NCBI GenBank assembly: GCA_903862935.1
Contig: CAIOZY010000017.1
Coordinates: 5,649 to 69,648 of the forward strand
DNA: 64,000 nucleotides
Direction of reading: 5' to 3'
Source: an uncultured Opitutaceae bacterium
GTDB lineage: Bacteria; Verrucomicrobiota; Verrucomicrobiia; Opitutales; Opitutaceae
The notes under the pieces were generated by a model. The model saw nothing but the letters and a program-made list of their open reading frames with translations, had not been told where the DNA came from and ran no database searches. The translations under genes and the position numbers were made by a program. Positions 38,191 to 47,784 of this stretch are shown here, piece by piece. Every line of letters begins with the position of its first letter. Position 1 is the first letter of the stretch.

Positions 38191-41100
38191 ATGAATATCC
38201 GCTCAACTAGGATTGGAGCGGTGTTTGCGGCTGTCCTAGCCGTAATCGCCGTTTCGTCGGCTCCTGCCCAAACAACCTCCACCGACACGACCGCTGCCCC
38301 AGGGGCCGGATCACCCGTGAAGATGGCGGCCTTTGAAGTGACCGGTTCGTACCTGCCGACAGCCTCGGCGGTCAATGCGAGCCCCGTCACGGCCTACAAC
38401 ACGGCCACGATCAACATGACGCTGCCCGCCAACGTCCTCGACTTCTTCCGGTCCCAGTCGCCCGACTTCTTCGGCAGCGGCAACCGGAGCAATGAGGCCA
38501 ACAACGGCGGCAACACCGGTGGTGAGGCCTACCTCGCCATCCGAAACCTCAGCACCCTGGTCCTCCTCGACGGCCGCCGCGTGGTTAACTCGGCGTTCTC
38601 GGCCGGCACGGGTGTCGACCTCGCCTCCATCCCGGTCTCGATGATCGACCGGATCGACGTCCTGAAGGACGGATCGTCCACGATCTACGGCACCGATGCG
38701 GTCGGCGGCGTGGTGAACATTATCACCAAGAAAGACTACAACGGCAGCGAGATCCGCATCGAGCACGGCATGTCCAAGGACAACATCTACAAGTACGATG
38801 ACGTCGCGATCATGACCGGGTTCTCCAACCAGAACACGTACTTCACAATGGTTGCCGAGTACTACCGCAACAACACGCTGGCCACAAACCAGCGCTTCAT
38901 CGGCAGCATGGGCCCGACGGACCTGACTCGGCTCGGCAGCGCGGTTGCCCCGTCCTACATGTCCGGAACCTTCTACGGCCGCATCGGCAGCTACATGCTT
39001 GCGGGCGACCCGCTCGCGGTCGGAGCCCCGGGCTACAACGCCGCGATCAAGTCCCCGACGCCCAAGACCAATCCGTACGCCGCCGGCTACGCCAGCGTCG
39101 CCGCCTATGCCGCTGCCAATCCCGGGCAGTACATCCTGATCAACACGAGCCCGGCCAGTATCGCCTTGGGCGGCACGGCCACGATCCTCAACACGACCTC
39201 GTACGGCACGGGCACGATCGACCCGACCCAGCGCAAGCAGTTTATGGCCAATTTCGGCCACAACATCTTCGGCGACAAGCTGGTCTTATTCGGCAGCTTC
39301 CTGCTGAACGAGAACAAGAACGCCGGCGTCATCCTCGCCCCCGGTCCCTCCTATCCCGGCGGCGTTGACGTGAACAACATGATCATCCCGGCCACCAACC
39401 CCTGGAACTTCTTCGGCCAGGACATCACCTCCTTCGGCGGGTTCACGGGCGGCCCGGTCCGCAACCGTTTCGCCGAGGTCGGCATGCGCACGCTGACCGT
39501 CCAGTCGGACACCTACCGCCTGATCACGGGCCTCAAGGGCCAGATCAACGACGACTGGTCCTGGGAGATGGGCCTGGACTACAGCCACTCCATCTACCAG
39601 CAGCTGCAGAACAACGCCATCAACGGCTACGCCTTCAACCAGTTGGTCACGCCGAGGATCGTCAACGGCGCGTATGTCTATAATGCCAACGGCCTGCCGC
39701 AGTCGATCGTCGCTAACGGCAGCGGCGGCTACCTGTCGGCCTACGACTACCTCGCGGTCCCGGGCTACAACGACCCGGCGACGATCAACGCTCTGCGCGC
39801 GGACCTCTTCCAGAACGGAAATTCCGAGCTGAAGGAAGTTGACTTCGTCATCCGCGGAACCCCCTTCACGGTCCCGGCCGGCAAGATCGGCATGGCCTTC
39901 GGCGGCGAGTACCTCGGCCAGAGCGTGTTCAACGCGGTCGACACCCTGTACGCCTCCGGCTACCTACTGGGCGGCCTGAACCCGATCGGCCAGTTCTCCG
40001 GTGGCGCGACGACCGACAAGGCCGTGTTCACCGAGGTGGCCATCCCGCTGACGGCTCCCTCCCAGAACCTCCCGGGTCTCTACGAGTCCGACCTCAACCT
40101 GTCCGGCCGCTACACCAAGCTGAACACCGGCGCGAACGCCAAGATCCCGAAGATCGGCATCCGCTGGCAGCCGATCAATGCGGACCTGACGATCCGCGGC
40201 ACGTTCTCCAAGGGCTTCATCGCCCCGAGCGTGTACTCCCTGTACGGCCCGACCGCGGGCAACTCGCCCACGGTTGTCCTGCCCGATCCCTCCTCCTCGA
40301 CGGGGTACAACGGCGTCCAGATCACCTCGCGCGAGCTCTCCAACCCGAAGCTGCCGCCGAGCAACTCGCAGAATTTCACATTCGGGTTCGTCTACTCGCC
40401 CCACCAGGTCCGTGGTCTGGATATTTCGCTTGAGTACTACAACATCAAGCAGGACCACGTCGGCTCGATCGACTACCAGTCGATCTTCAACAGCCTGAAT
40501 TCGCTGGGAAGCGCCTCACCGTACGCGTCGTCCTACACCAATCCGGACGGCACGCACCTGACGACGACCGCCAAGAACCAGATCAACGCCAACAACTCGG
40601 GCTCGATCGTGGTCCAGTCCAACCCCGCCGGCGACCAGAAGACCTCGGGCTTCGACGCTGCGGTTTCGTACTCCTTCGAGCTTCCGAATGCCCTTGGACG
40701 CATGAAGGTCGGGGCTGACGCCAACTACCTCCAGCACTTCCTGTTCCGCGCGACGCCGGAGGACAAGTATGACGACTACGCCTCCAACTACACCGGTGCC
40801 TACGCGCCCGTCGCGGCATTCTACACCCTGCCCCGGTACAACGTGAAGGCGAACCTGCAGTATGATATCAAGGGCTTCGCGGCTCTTGCCACCATCAACT
40901 ACATCCCGTCGGTCACCAACTGGGGCGATGCGTTCGGTTCCCAGGGCAACACGGTCAACGGAAAGCCCTATAACGACGTCTATGTCACGGGCGGCGCCCA
41001 GATGATCCCGAGCTACTACACGGTGAATCTGACGCTCTCGTACACGTTCCGCAAGGGCGAGCCCGGCTCGACCCTGTCGTACCTGAACGGCCTGTCGATC

Positions 41101-41232
41101 GTCGTCGGTTCGAACAACCTGTTCAACCACACGCCTCCGTTCATCACCGGTTCCCCCGAGGATAACACCGACAAGGGCACCTATGACGTGATCGGGCGCA
41201 CCTACTTCTTCTCCCTGAAGAAGACCTTCTAA
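38191..41232 (+). CDS. TonB-dependent outer-membrane receptor
   Basis: Signal peptide. Plug domain (LVLLDGRRV...IDRIDVLKDGSSTIYGTDAVGGVVNIITK), a long beta-barrel region and a terminal aromatic residue (...YFFSLKKTF). Confidence 0.8.
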   Translation: MNIRSTRIGAVFAAVLAVIAVSSAPAQTTSTDTTAAPGAGSPVKMAAFEVTGSYLPTASAVNASPVTAYNTATINMTLPANVLDFFRSQSPDFFGSGNRSNEANNGGNTGGEAYLAIRNLSTLVLLDGRRVVNSAFSAGTGVDLASIPVSMIDRIDVLKDGSSTIYGTDAVGGVVNIITKKDYNGSEIRIEHGMSKDNIYKYDDVAIMTGFSNQNTYFTMVAEYYRNNTLATNQRFIGSMGPTDLTRLGSAVAPSYMSGTFYGRIGSYMLAGDPLAVGAPGYNAAIKSPTPKTNPYAAGYASVAAYAAANPGQYILINTSPASIALGGTATILNTTSYGTGTIDPTQRKQFMANFGHNIFGDKLVLFGSFLLNENKNAGVILAPGPSYPGGVDVNNMIIPATNPWNFFGQDITSFGGFTGGPVRNRFAEVGMRTLTVQSDTYRLITGLKGQINDDWSWEMGLDYSHSIYQQLQNNAINGYAFNQLVTPRIVNGAYVYNANGLPQSIVANGSGGYLSAYDYLAVPGYNDPATINALRADLFQNGNSELKEVDFVIRGTPFTVPAGKIGMAFGGEYLGQSVFNAVDTLYASGYLLGGLNPIGQFSGGATTDKAVFTEVAIPLTAPSQNLPGLYESDLNLSGRYTKLNTGANAKIPKIGIRWQPINADLTIRGTFSKGFIAPSVYSLYGPTAGNSPTVVLPDPSSSTGYNGVQITSRELSNPKLPPSNSQNFTFGFVYSPHQVRGLDISLEYYNIKQDHVGSIDYQSIFNSLNSLGSASPYASSYTNPDGTHLTTTAKNQINANNSGSIVVQSNPAGDQKTSGFDAAVSYSFELPNALGRMKVGADANYLQHFLFRATPEDKYDDYASNYTGAYAPVAAFYTLPRYNVKANLQYDIKGFAALATINYIPSVTNWGDAFGSQGNTVNGKPYNDVYVTGGAQMIPSYYTVNLTLSYTFRKGEPGSTLSYLNGLSIVVGSNNLFNHTPPFITGSPEDNTDKGTYDVIGRTYFFSLKKTF

Positions 41233-41261
41233 GGCGCGTCTAGATCCTGGTTCCGCTCTCG

Positions 41262-41297
41262 GGGCGGCGGCAGTAATCCTGCCGCCGCCCTTTTTTT
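41262..41297 (+). terminator. rho-independent terminator of the TonB-dependent receptor gene
   Basis: GGGCGGCGGCAG (41262-41273) / loop TAATC / CTGCCGCCGCCC (41279-41290), followed by TTTTTTT. Confidence 0.75.
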
Positions 41298-41336
41298 GTC
41301 GCCGCTTCCCAAGCTTCGGCCAAGGTTTTTCAAGCG

Positions 41337-42656
41337 ATGCGCGCCCTGATTGCCTCAGTCCTCGTTTCCATCGCCGCGACAGCCGGCGCCGCGGACCTTC
41401 ACCGGGAGGTCGCTGAGCGCCTCGGTTCCGAACTGCCCTCGCTCGGTACGTTCTATCGGGACATCCACCAGCATCCGGAGCTTTCGCTGATGGAGGCACG
41501 GACCGCAACCGCAGCGGCGCGGGAATTCCGCTCGGCCGGTTTTGAGGTCACCGAAGGGGTGGGCGGGACGGGCGTCGTCGGCGTCCTTCGCAACGGGCCG
41601 GGCCCGGTTATCCTGATCCGGTCGGAATTGGACGCCCTGCCGATCCGGGAGGAGACCGGCCTTCCCTTCGCCTCCACCGTTGTTGTCAAGGACCTCGCGG
41701 GCCGTGACAGCCCCGTCGACCACGCCTGCGGCCACGACGTCCACCTGACGGCGCTTGTCGGCGCGGCGCGAATCCTCTCCGGGCTCCGCGCACGCTGGTC
41801 GGGGACCTTGGTCCTTGTGGGTCAGCCGGCCGAGGAGACCGCGGCGGGCGCCTACGCGATGCTCCGGGACGGGCTCTACACGCGGTTTCCCAGGCCGAAT
41901 TTCGCGATCGCCCTGCACATCCACGGCGACAGTCCGGCCGGAACGGTTTCGGTCCTTGAGGGAGGAGCCTGCGCGAACTCGGACTCGGTCGACATCCTGG
42001 TGCGCGGGGTGGGGGGGCACGGCGCGCGGCCGGACATGGCCAAGGACCCGGTTGTTCTGGCGAGCCAGATTGTCGTCGCCTTGCAGACGATCGTCAGCCG
42101 GGAGACCAAGCCGGGGGTTGCCGCCGTAGTCACCGTTGGAACATTTCACGGAGGCACCAAACGCAACGTGATCCCCGAGCAGGTTAAACTCGAGCTCACG
42201 GTCCGCTCGTACGACTCGGCCGTTGCGGCGCATCTCCTCGATTCGATCCGCAGGATCAGCGAGAACCTGGGAAGGGCGGCAGGGATGCCCGAAAACCTCC
42301 TTCCGGTCGTCACGGTCACGCCCGAGCACACCCCGGTCACCTACAACGACCCCGCACTCGCCAGGCGCCTGAGGGGGGTTCTCGCCGACTGGCTGGGGAC
42401 GGACCGGATCATCCCGGGGGACCCCACGACGGCTGGTGAAGACTTTGCGTGGTTCGGACGCACGACACCCCCGGTTCCGTGCTGCATGTGGTTTGTCGGT
42501 GCGGCCGACCCGGCCAAATGCGCGGAAAGCGCCCGAACGGGCGTCCCGTTGCCGTCGAACCATTCGCCCTACTTCGCGCCCGACTTTGATCCCACGATCC
42601 GGGCCTGCGTGACCAGCCTGTGCGCCGGGGCCCTAGATCTGCTGTCGTCCCGTTAA
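41337..42656 (+). CDS. M20-family amidohydrolase (secreted)
   Basis: Signal peptide MRALIASVLVSIAATAGA. HQHPELSLME, ILIRSELDALP, CGHDVH, GQPAEE: the M20D/hippurate-hydrolase-like motif set. Confidence 0.85.
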   Translation: MRALIASVLVSIAATAGAADLHREVAERLGSELPSLGTFYRDIHQHPELSLMEARTATAAAREFRSAGFEVTEGVGGTGVVGVLRNGPGPVILIRSELDALPIREETGLPFASTVVVKDLAGRDSPVDHACGHDVHLTALVGAARILSGLRARWSGTLVLVGQPAEETAAGAYAMLRDGLYTRFPRPNFAIALHIHGDSPAGTVSVLEGGACANSDSVDILVRGVGGHGARPDMAKDPVVLASQIVVALQTIVSRETKPGVAAVVTVGTFHGGTKRNVIPEQVKLELTVRSYDSAVAAHLLDSIRRISENLGRAAGMPENLLPVVTVTPEHTPVTYNDPALARRLRGVLADWLGTDRIIPGDPTTAGEDFAWFGRTTPPVPCCMWFVGAADPAKCAESARTGVPLPSNHSPYFAPDFDPTIRACVTSLCAGALDLLSSR

Positions 42657-42734
42657 GGTAAAGCAGGCCCGCAACCTTCCGTCGCCCCGCTCGTCTCGAC
42701 ATTTTGCGGCCCCGGGCCATCCTTACTTTTCACC

Positions 42735-43226
42735 ATGCCCCATTCCATAACCCTTGCTGACTCTCCGGTTCTCCCCGACCGGCCCGCGGAGCGTGCCCGC
42801 AGGGACCGCCGGCCCGACGAGCGGGCCTTCACACTGCTGGAAATCCTCGTTGTGCTGGCGATCATCGGCCTGCTGGTCGGCGTGGCCATGTCCAATCTGA
42901 CCGGCATCTTTGGCGGCGCCCAGGCCAAGATAGCCAAGCTGTTCGTCGCCACAGAGATGGAGGTTCCGCTGACGAGCTACAGGATCGACGTTGGCGATTA
43001 TCCCACCACGGACGACGGCGGACTGGCGGCCCTGTGGACCGCTCCCGCGAGCAAGGCTGATCGCTGGCACGGGCCCTATGCCAAGGGCTCCAAGCCGCCC
43101 CTTGACCCCTGGGGCCGCGACTACAAGTACGCCTATCCCGGCGTCCATAACAAGGGCGGATACGACTTGTGGTCGACGGGCCCGAGCGGGGTCGACGGCG
43201 GGCCGGACAACATCGGCAACTGGTGA
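42735..43226 (+). CDS. gspG: type II secretion major pseudopilin
   Basis: FTLLEILVVLAIIGLLVGVA prepilin N-terminus and a GspG-type C-terminal core (YRIDVGDYPTT..GLAAL...WHGPY....DPWGRDYKY..PG.HN.GGYDLWS.GPDG). It has an unusually long 31-aa leader with Ala at position -1. Confidence 0.85.
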   Translation: MPHSITLADSPVLPDRPAERARRDRRPDERAFTLLEILVVLAIIGLLVGVAMSNLTGIFGGAQAKIAKLFVATEMEVPLTSYRIDVGDYPTTDDGGLAALWTAPASKADRWHGPYAKGSKPPLDPWGRDYKYAYPGVHNKGGYDLWSTGPSGVDGGPDNIGNW

Positions 43227-43738
43227 TGAGAAGGGGGGGATTCACCCTGCTTGAGGTGCTTCTCACGGTCGCCCTGATTGGGCTCCTGGCGACGACCCTG
43301 ATCGGTATCTCTGCCCACCTGCTGAGCGACCGGCCGACCTCCCCCGATGACATATTCTGGCAGGCCGCGCAGGAGGCCCGCCGGTCCGCCCTCAAGAGCA
43401 AACACGAGGTGCGGCTGTCCTTCGATGCGAAGGCCAAGACTTTTGAGGTGAACGGCGGAACAACGTCGCGGGCCTTTGCTGTTCCGTCCGCCCCGGACGA
43501 CCTCGCTGTAGACTTCATCGCCGACCAGTCCGGAGGGTCCTCCTCCCTGATCGGCGGCACGCTGGTCGAAACCCAGACCATGACCGACGTGCCGTTCTAT
43601 CCCGACGGAACCTGCGTCCCTTTCCGGGTCCAGTTTCGCGCCAAGGGAGGGGTTCACCGGGTTTCGATAGACCCCTGGACCGGGGCCCGGGTGCTGGCCC
43701 CGCTTGACTCCACGGGAGCCCCCGTCACCTCGCCGTGA
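43226..43738 (+). CDS. gspH: minor pseudopilin (GspH-like by position)
   Basis: MRRGG/FTLLEVLLTVALIGLLA prepilin signal. About 170 aa. ATG overlaps the gspG stop (TGATG). Confidence 0.55.
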   Translation: MRRGGFTLLEVLLTVALIGLLATTLIGISAHLLSDRPTSPDDIFWQAAQEARRSALKSKHEVRLSFDAKAKTFEVNGGTTSRAFAVPSAPDDLAVDFIADQSGGSSSLIGGTLVETQTMTDVPFYPDGTCVPFRVQFRAKGGVHRVSIDPWTGARVLAPLDSTGAPVTSP

Positions 43739-44196
43739 AAAGGAAGCGTCAGGCTGGATTCACGCTCCTCGAGGTCCTTGTGGCGCTTGTCGTCTTCGCG
43801 CTCGCCGCGGTAGTCCTGGGAGGGGCCTACCTCAACATCCTCAACGGCTACGCGGTCATCAGCCGGGGTGTTGGCGAGGATCCGGACGTGTTCTTTGCGC
43901 GGCAGGAGCTGCTGACCCAGGCAGACGTCAAGCTCGCAAAAACTGGCGACGAATACGACACGCAGGACGGCCGGCACGTGAAGTGGACGGCCGAGGTCGA
44001 GCCGACGACGACCGCCGATCTTTTCTCGGTCACCTTCACCTGTGCCCTCGCCGCATCGGGGCCGACAGACCGTCCCCGGACCCTTACGGAGTCGTTCATG
44101 CTCCTGCGGCCGAGTTGGTCGGAGCCCACTGTCCGCGACGATCTGCGGCAGAAGGCCGCAAGCCGGATCGCAAAATTCCAGGGCAAACAGCCATGA
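43735..44196 (+). CDS. gspI: minor pseudopilin (GspI-like)
   Basis: MKRKRQAG/FTLLEVLVALVVFALAAVVL prepilin signal. 153 aa. GTG overlaps the previous stop (GTGA). Confidence 0.55.
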   Translation: MKRKRQAGFTLLEVLVALVVFALAAVVLGGAYLNILNGYAVISRGVGEDPDVFFARQELLTQADVKLAKTGDEYDTQDGRHVKWTAEVEPTTTADLFSVTFTCALAASGPTDRPRTLTESFMLLRPSWSEPTVRDDLRQKAASRIAKFQGKQP

Positions 44197-44840
44197 GGCG
44201 CTCCAAAGAGGGATTCACGCTCCTTGAGGTGCTGCTGTCGCTCGCGCTCGCAGCGCTGCTGCTGGTTGCGCTGAACACGTTCATCTTTTCGATGGGCGAA
44301 CTGTGGGGAAAAAACTCCGAGCGAAGGCTCTTCGACCAGCACGTGAACGCGGTAGGCCGTTTTCTCACCGAGGAACTGAGGGAGGCGACGCTCCCACCTT
44401 CGGCCCGAGCGTCGGCAACCCCAGTCTCCGTTCAAGAGATCACCCCGGCCAACGGCGCGATCGAGCGCCTGATCACTTTCGAGCTGCCCTCCGGCTGCCG
44501 GCTCCTGGCTTGGCCGGACCGGCCACTTCCCGAGGTCGTCTGCTCCCTGCAGCTGCGGGAGCATGCGGGACTCTTCCTGCTCTGGCACTCCCGCCTGGAG
44601 ACCCGTTTCGACACAGATCCGCCGCGGGAGACGCTGCTTACGCCGTGGGCGAGCGCGCTCGCCTACGACTACTACGACACATCTCTCAAGCGCTGGACCA
44701 AAGAGATGGCGCTTCGCAACGGGACCAACAACCAACCCCAGGTACCCCAGCGCCTGCGGTTGACCTTCTCCTACGGGAAAATGGCGCGGGAGATCGTGAT
44801 TCCGCTGCCCTTGGCTCAACAGGGCCTGCCCAACTTCTGA
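44193..44840 (+). CDS. gspJ: minor pseudopilin (GspJ-like)
   Basis: MRRSKEG/FTLLEVLLSLALAALLLVAL prepilin signal. 215 aa. ATG overlaps the previous stop (ATGA). Confidence 0.5.
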   Translation: MRRSKEGFTLLEVLLSLALAALLLVALNTFIFSMGELWGKNSERRLFDQHVNAVGRFLTEELREATLPPSARASATPVSVQEITPANGAIERLITFELPSGCRLLAWPDRPLPEVVCSLQLREHAGLFLLWHSRLETRFDTDPPRETLLTPWASALAYDYYDTSLKRWTKEMALRNGTNNQPQVPQRLRLTFSYGKMAREIVIPLPLAQQGLPNF

Positions 44841-44842
44841 GG

Positions 44843-46006
44843 ATGAAACGGGGCTCCATTCTCGTGATCGTCCTAGTGACGCTGCTCTTTGCCGCGACAG
44901 CGCTGGTTGCCTTCCTCGACAAGGCCGGCACGGACCTGTTGGTCGTCTCGCGCGCAGCGACGGCCGACCGCCTCAGGGCCGACGGGTATTCGGCTCTGGA
45001 GGTGACCCTGGCTGTGCTGGAGGACTTCCGGAGGGTGGGGGGCGGCTTGCACAGCGCGGCCGAGGGCTGGGGCGACCCGCTCGGATGGGCGAGCTGGGAA
45101 CCGGCAGACGGGACTCAGGTCGAAGTGTCCTTCCAAGACGAGAGTGCAAAGATCCCGCTGATCCACGTCGACCCGGCGATCCTCTCGAATCTTTTCCAAT
45201 ACTGGCAGATGCCCCAGAGTGACGCCCAGCACCTCTCCGACGTCCTGCTTGCATGGATGCAGCAAAACTATCTGCCCTCCAGCGGGATACCCCCCGACTA
45301 TGCCCAGAGCACTCCGGCCTTCGATCCCCCGATGAGGCCGATGAGGTCCTACAGCGAGCTGGCGGCGATCGACTACGCAAGGGAGGTCTTCTTCGACAAG
45401 GCCGGCCATCCAAACGAACTGTGGTGGCGCTTTGTGAATGACTTCTCGCTGTTCAACTACCCAAAGCCCGACATCAATGGGGCGAACGCTGACGTGCTTG
45501 CGGGCCTGGGCCAGTTTGGCGACAACGAGCGCCAGCACATCACCGACTACCTGAGCGGCAAAGGAACCTCCCGGGCCGCCTCCCCGCTCGGGCAGCAGTG
45601 GTTTTCGAGCACGGGCGACGTAGCCGGGGTCGTGGGTACCCAGGGAAACGCCCAGGCGTTCTCCTCAACAATCGCTGCGCTGCGGATCGTGATCACCGTC
45701 CGGGACGGCTCTTCGCGCTACACCGTCTCGGCTGTGGTCGCCCCCCAAGGGGGAGCCACAACCGTCCAGACGACCGCCACCGACGTAAAGAAGGGCGCCG
45801 CGGGCGGCTCGTCGGGCCAGACAGGCTCCTCCAACGGGCTCAACCAGACCCCGACCCAGACGTCCTCCACGGCCACGAACGCCCAGACTGCCGCCGCCTC
45901 CACGGCGACGGCAAACCTCCAGTACCCGTTTACGGTCTTGGAAATTAGGGAGAACGATGAGATCCTCTCCCCTCCCGATTCCCCGCCAAGCCCTCCCAAA
46001 ACCTGA
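44843..46006 (+). CDS. gspK: GspK-like minor pseudopilin with Ser/Thr-rich tail
   Basis: Hydrophobic N-terminus without Glu+5 (MKRGSILVIVLVTLLFAATALVAF), the motif DESAKIPLIHVD, and an HhH-like DINGANADVLAGLGQFGDNERQHITDYL resembling the GspK INxNTA...L..L.G...A..I motif. Confidence 0.65.
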   Translation: MKRGSILVIVLVTLLFAATALVAFLDKAGTDLLVVSRAATADRLRADGYSALEVTLAVLEDFRRVGGGLHSAAEGWGDPLGWASWEPADGTQVEVSFQDESAKIPLIHVDPAILSNLFQYWQMPQSDAQHLSDVLLAWMQQNYLPSSGIPPDYAQSTPAFDPPMRPMRSYSELAAIDYAREVFFDKAGHPNELWWRFVNDFSLFNYPKPDINGANADVLAGLGQFGDNERQHITDYLSGKGTSRAASPLGQQWFSSTGDVAGVVGTQGNAQAFSSTIAALRIVITVRDGSSRYTVSAVVAPQGGATTVQTTATDVKKGAAGGSSGQTGSSNGLNQTPTQTSSTATNAQTAAASTATANLQYPFTVLEIRENDEILSPPDSPPSPPKT

Positions 46007-46026
46007 TCTGAAGCCCGCATGGCAGC

Positions 46027-47187
46027 ATGAGCGCCCTGTCGCTTAAGTTTCTCAAGGCCGGCCCGCCACCCCCTCGGGTGGTGCTGCTTCCCGATGCCCT
46101 GTTCTTCGTGAGGGCGGTTCCGGTGAGCGTGGATCCGGCGGCCGATGCGCTAAGGCAGTCCGCCGAGGCGGCTTCCCAGGTTGAACTCGCCCTCGAGGCC
46201 CTTGCTCCCTTTCCCGTGGCCCAGCTCTACCACGGGCACCACTGGGTTCCCGGCTCCGACAGGGCTCTTGCCTTCGCGGCCTACCGCCGGCGGTTCACAC
46301 CGGAGCAGTCTGCGGAATGGGCGGACGCCGAGCTCATGCTGCCGGCCTTCGCCTGCATCCTCGGAGCGGAGGTCACTCCGGCCACTACGGTCGTCCTGGC
46401 CTCCCCGGAGGGGTTCACGGCGGTCCACTGGGGCGTCCCGGGGCCCGTACCGACCCAGGTCTGGTTCCAGTCCGTACCGGCCGATGCCCCCGAGGAGGAC
46501 CGGGCGGCGGCGCGGACCGCGCTGCTTCGGCGCGCCGAGAGCAAGACCGTCTTGGACCTGCCCGCCCTGCCGGAGGCCCAGCCGAGGCGCAGCGACCGGG
46601 AGTTTTCCTTCCGGTCGGGCGAGCTCAAGTCCCGCATTTCCTCGGTGACCGCCGCGGCCCTCGACGTCCGCGACAAGGCGGACCTGGCGGCGCTGCGCCG
46701 CGCGAGGGCGCGCGACGTTCTTTTTTGGCGGATCCTGGTCGGGTGCGCCGCCGCCGTCTGCCTGCTGGCAGCTGGGGAAGTTGCCCTCTTTGGCGGAGGA
46801 ATCTGGCAGAAGGCCCGCCGGGTTCAGCTGAGTGCGCGGGCCCCGCTGGTTGAGAAGATCATGACCCACCAGGAGATCGCCAACCACATCGAGGACCTCT
46901 CGACCCGGCGTCTCCTGCCGATCCAGATGATCGAGATAGCCGCTTCGAAGAAGCCTGCCGCGACCGTGTTCATCCGGGCGAGCACGACCGGGCTGTACAC
47001 GCTCAACGTCGAGGCCCAGACCCCGAACGTCGGCGAGATCGGGATGTACAAGAACGACCTCGAGGCGCTCCCCTCCTGCGCCGGGGTCGTCATCAAGAAT
47101 CCGCAGACCCGGGACAACCTCGCGACCTTCACGCTGGTCGTGACCTTCAAGCCGGACGCCCTCAAGGCTCCGCCCCCGCCGCCATGA
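46027..47187 (+). CDS. bitopic inner-membrane protein, GspL / PilM-PilN analogue (hypothetical)
   Basis: About 225-aa cytoplasmic part, one TM (VLFWRILVGCAAAVCLLAAGEVALF) and an about 130-aa periplasmic part. It sits between the gspK-like and gspM-like genes. I recognise no signature motif, so the call rests on topology and context. Confidence 0.4.
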   Translation: MSALSLKFLKAGPPPPRVVLLPDALFFVRAVPVSVDPAADALRQSAEAASQVELALEALAPFPVAQLYHGHHWVPGSDRALAFAAYRRRFTPEQSAEWADAELMLPAFACILGAEVTPATTVVLASPEGFTAVHWGVPGPVPTQVWFQSVPADAPEEDRAAARTALLRRAESKTVLDLPALPEAQPRRSDREFSFRSGELKSRISSVTAAALDVRDKADLAALRRARARDVLFWRILVGCAAAVCLLAAGEVALFGGGIWQKARRVQLSARAPLVEKIMTHQEIANHIEDLSTRRLLPIQMIEIAASKKPAATVFIRASTTGLYTLNVEAQTPNVGEIGMYKNDLEALPSCAGVVIKNPQTRDNLATFTLVVTFKPDALKAPPPPP

Positions 47188-47738
47188 TCGCCACCATCCG
47201 AGCGTTCTTTCTGAGCAGGCTTCTTCGCGAGAAGGTGCTGATCCTCGCCCTGGTCGTGATCGTGGTGGCGCTATGGCTGTCCAGCGCCGCCGGCCGGGCG
47301 GGCCGCTTTGTTGCCGAGACGCAGAGCACCTCGGTGACGCTCGCTCAGCAGTCCAAGTGGCTTGCCAATAAGGACGCTGTGGAGAAGGCGGCCCAGAAGG
47401 CAGCCAACCGCTTCGACCCCACGCAGACCCTCGACGGGACGAGACTCCTGGCGGCCGTTTCTGCGATCGCCCGAGACGCGGGTCTTCGCAACTACAGCAC
47501 GGGCAGCTCCGAGGATCTGAGCACGGGGCAGTTCGCAGTCCACACCCTCCAGTTCACGGTGGTGAGGGCTCCTTGGTCAGTCCTGAAGGGGTTCTGCGTG
47601 GCGCTCCAGCAGCGCTCGCCCTACATCGGGATCGAGCAGTTCTCGGTCGCGGCGGCCGACCGGGGAAACTCCAGTGTGGACGCGCTCAACGTCTCGATGA
47701 AGGTTTCGTCGGTCGAGGTCGTGCGGCGAGAACCCTAG
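47184..47738 (+). CDS. GspM / PilO-like bitopic protein (hypothetical)
   Basis: N-terminal TM (VLILALVVIVVALWLSSAA) plus an about 140-aa periplasmic domain. The ATG overlaps the previous stop (ATGA). Last gene of the pseudopilin operon. Confidence 0.4.
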   Translation: MIATIRAFFLSRLLREKVLILALVVIVVALWLSSAAGRAGRFVAETQSTSVTLAQQSKWLANKDAVEKAAQKAANRFDPTQTLDGTRLLAAVSAIARDAGLRNYSTGSSEDLSTGQFAVHTLQFTVVRAPWSVLKGFCVALQQRSPYIGIEQFSVAAADRGNSSVDALNVSMKVSSVEVVRREP

Positions 47739-47784
47739 GCGGCGCGGTCAGATTCCTGAAACGGGCCCTGATCCGAGAGATCGA

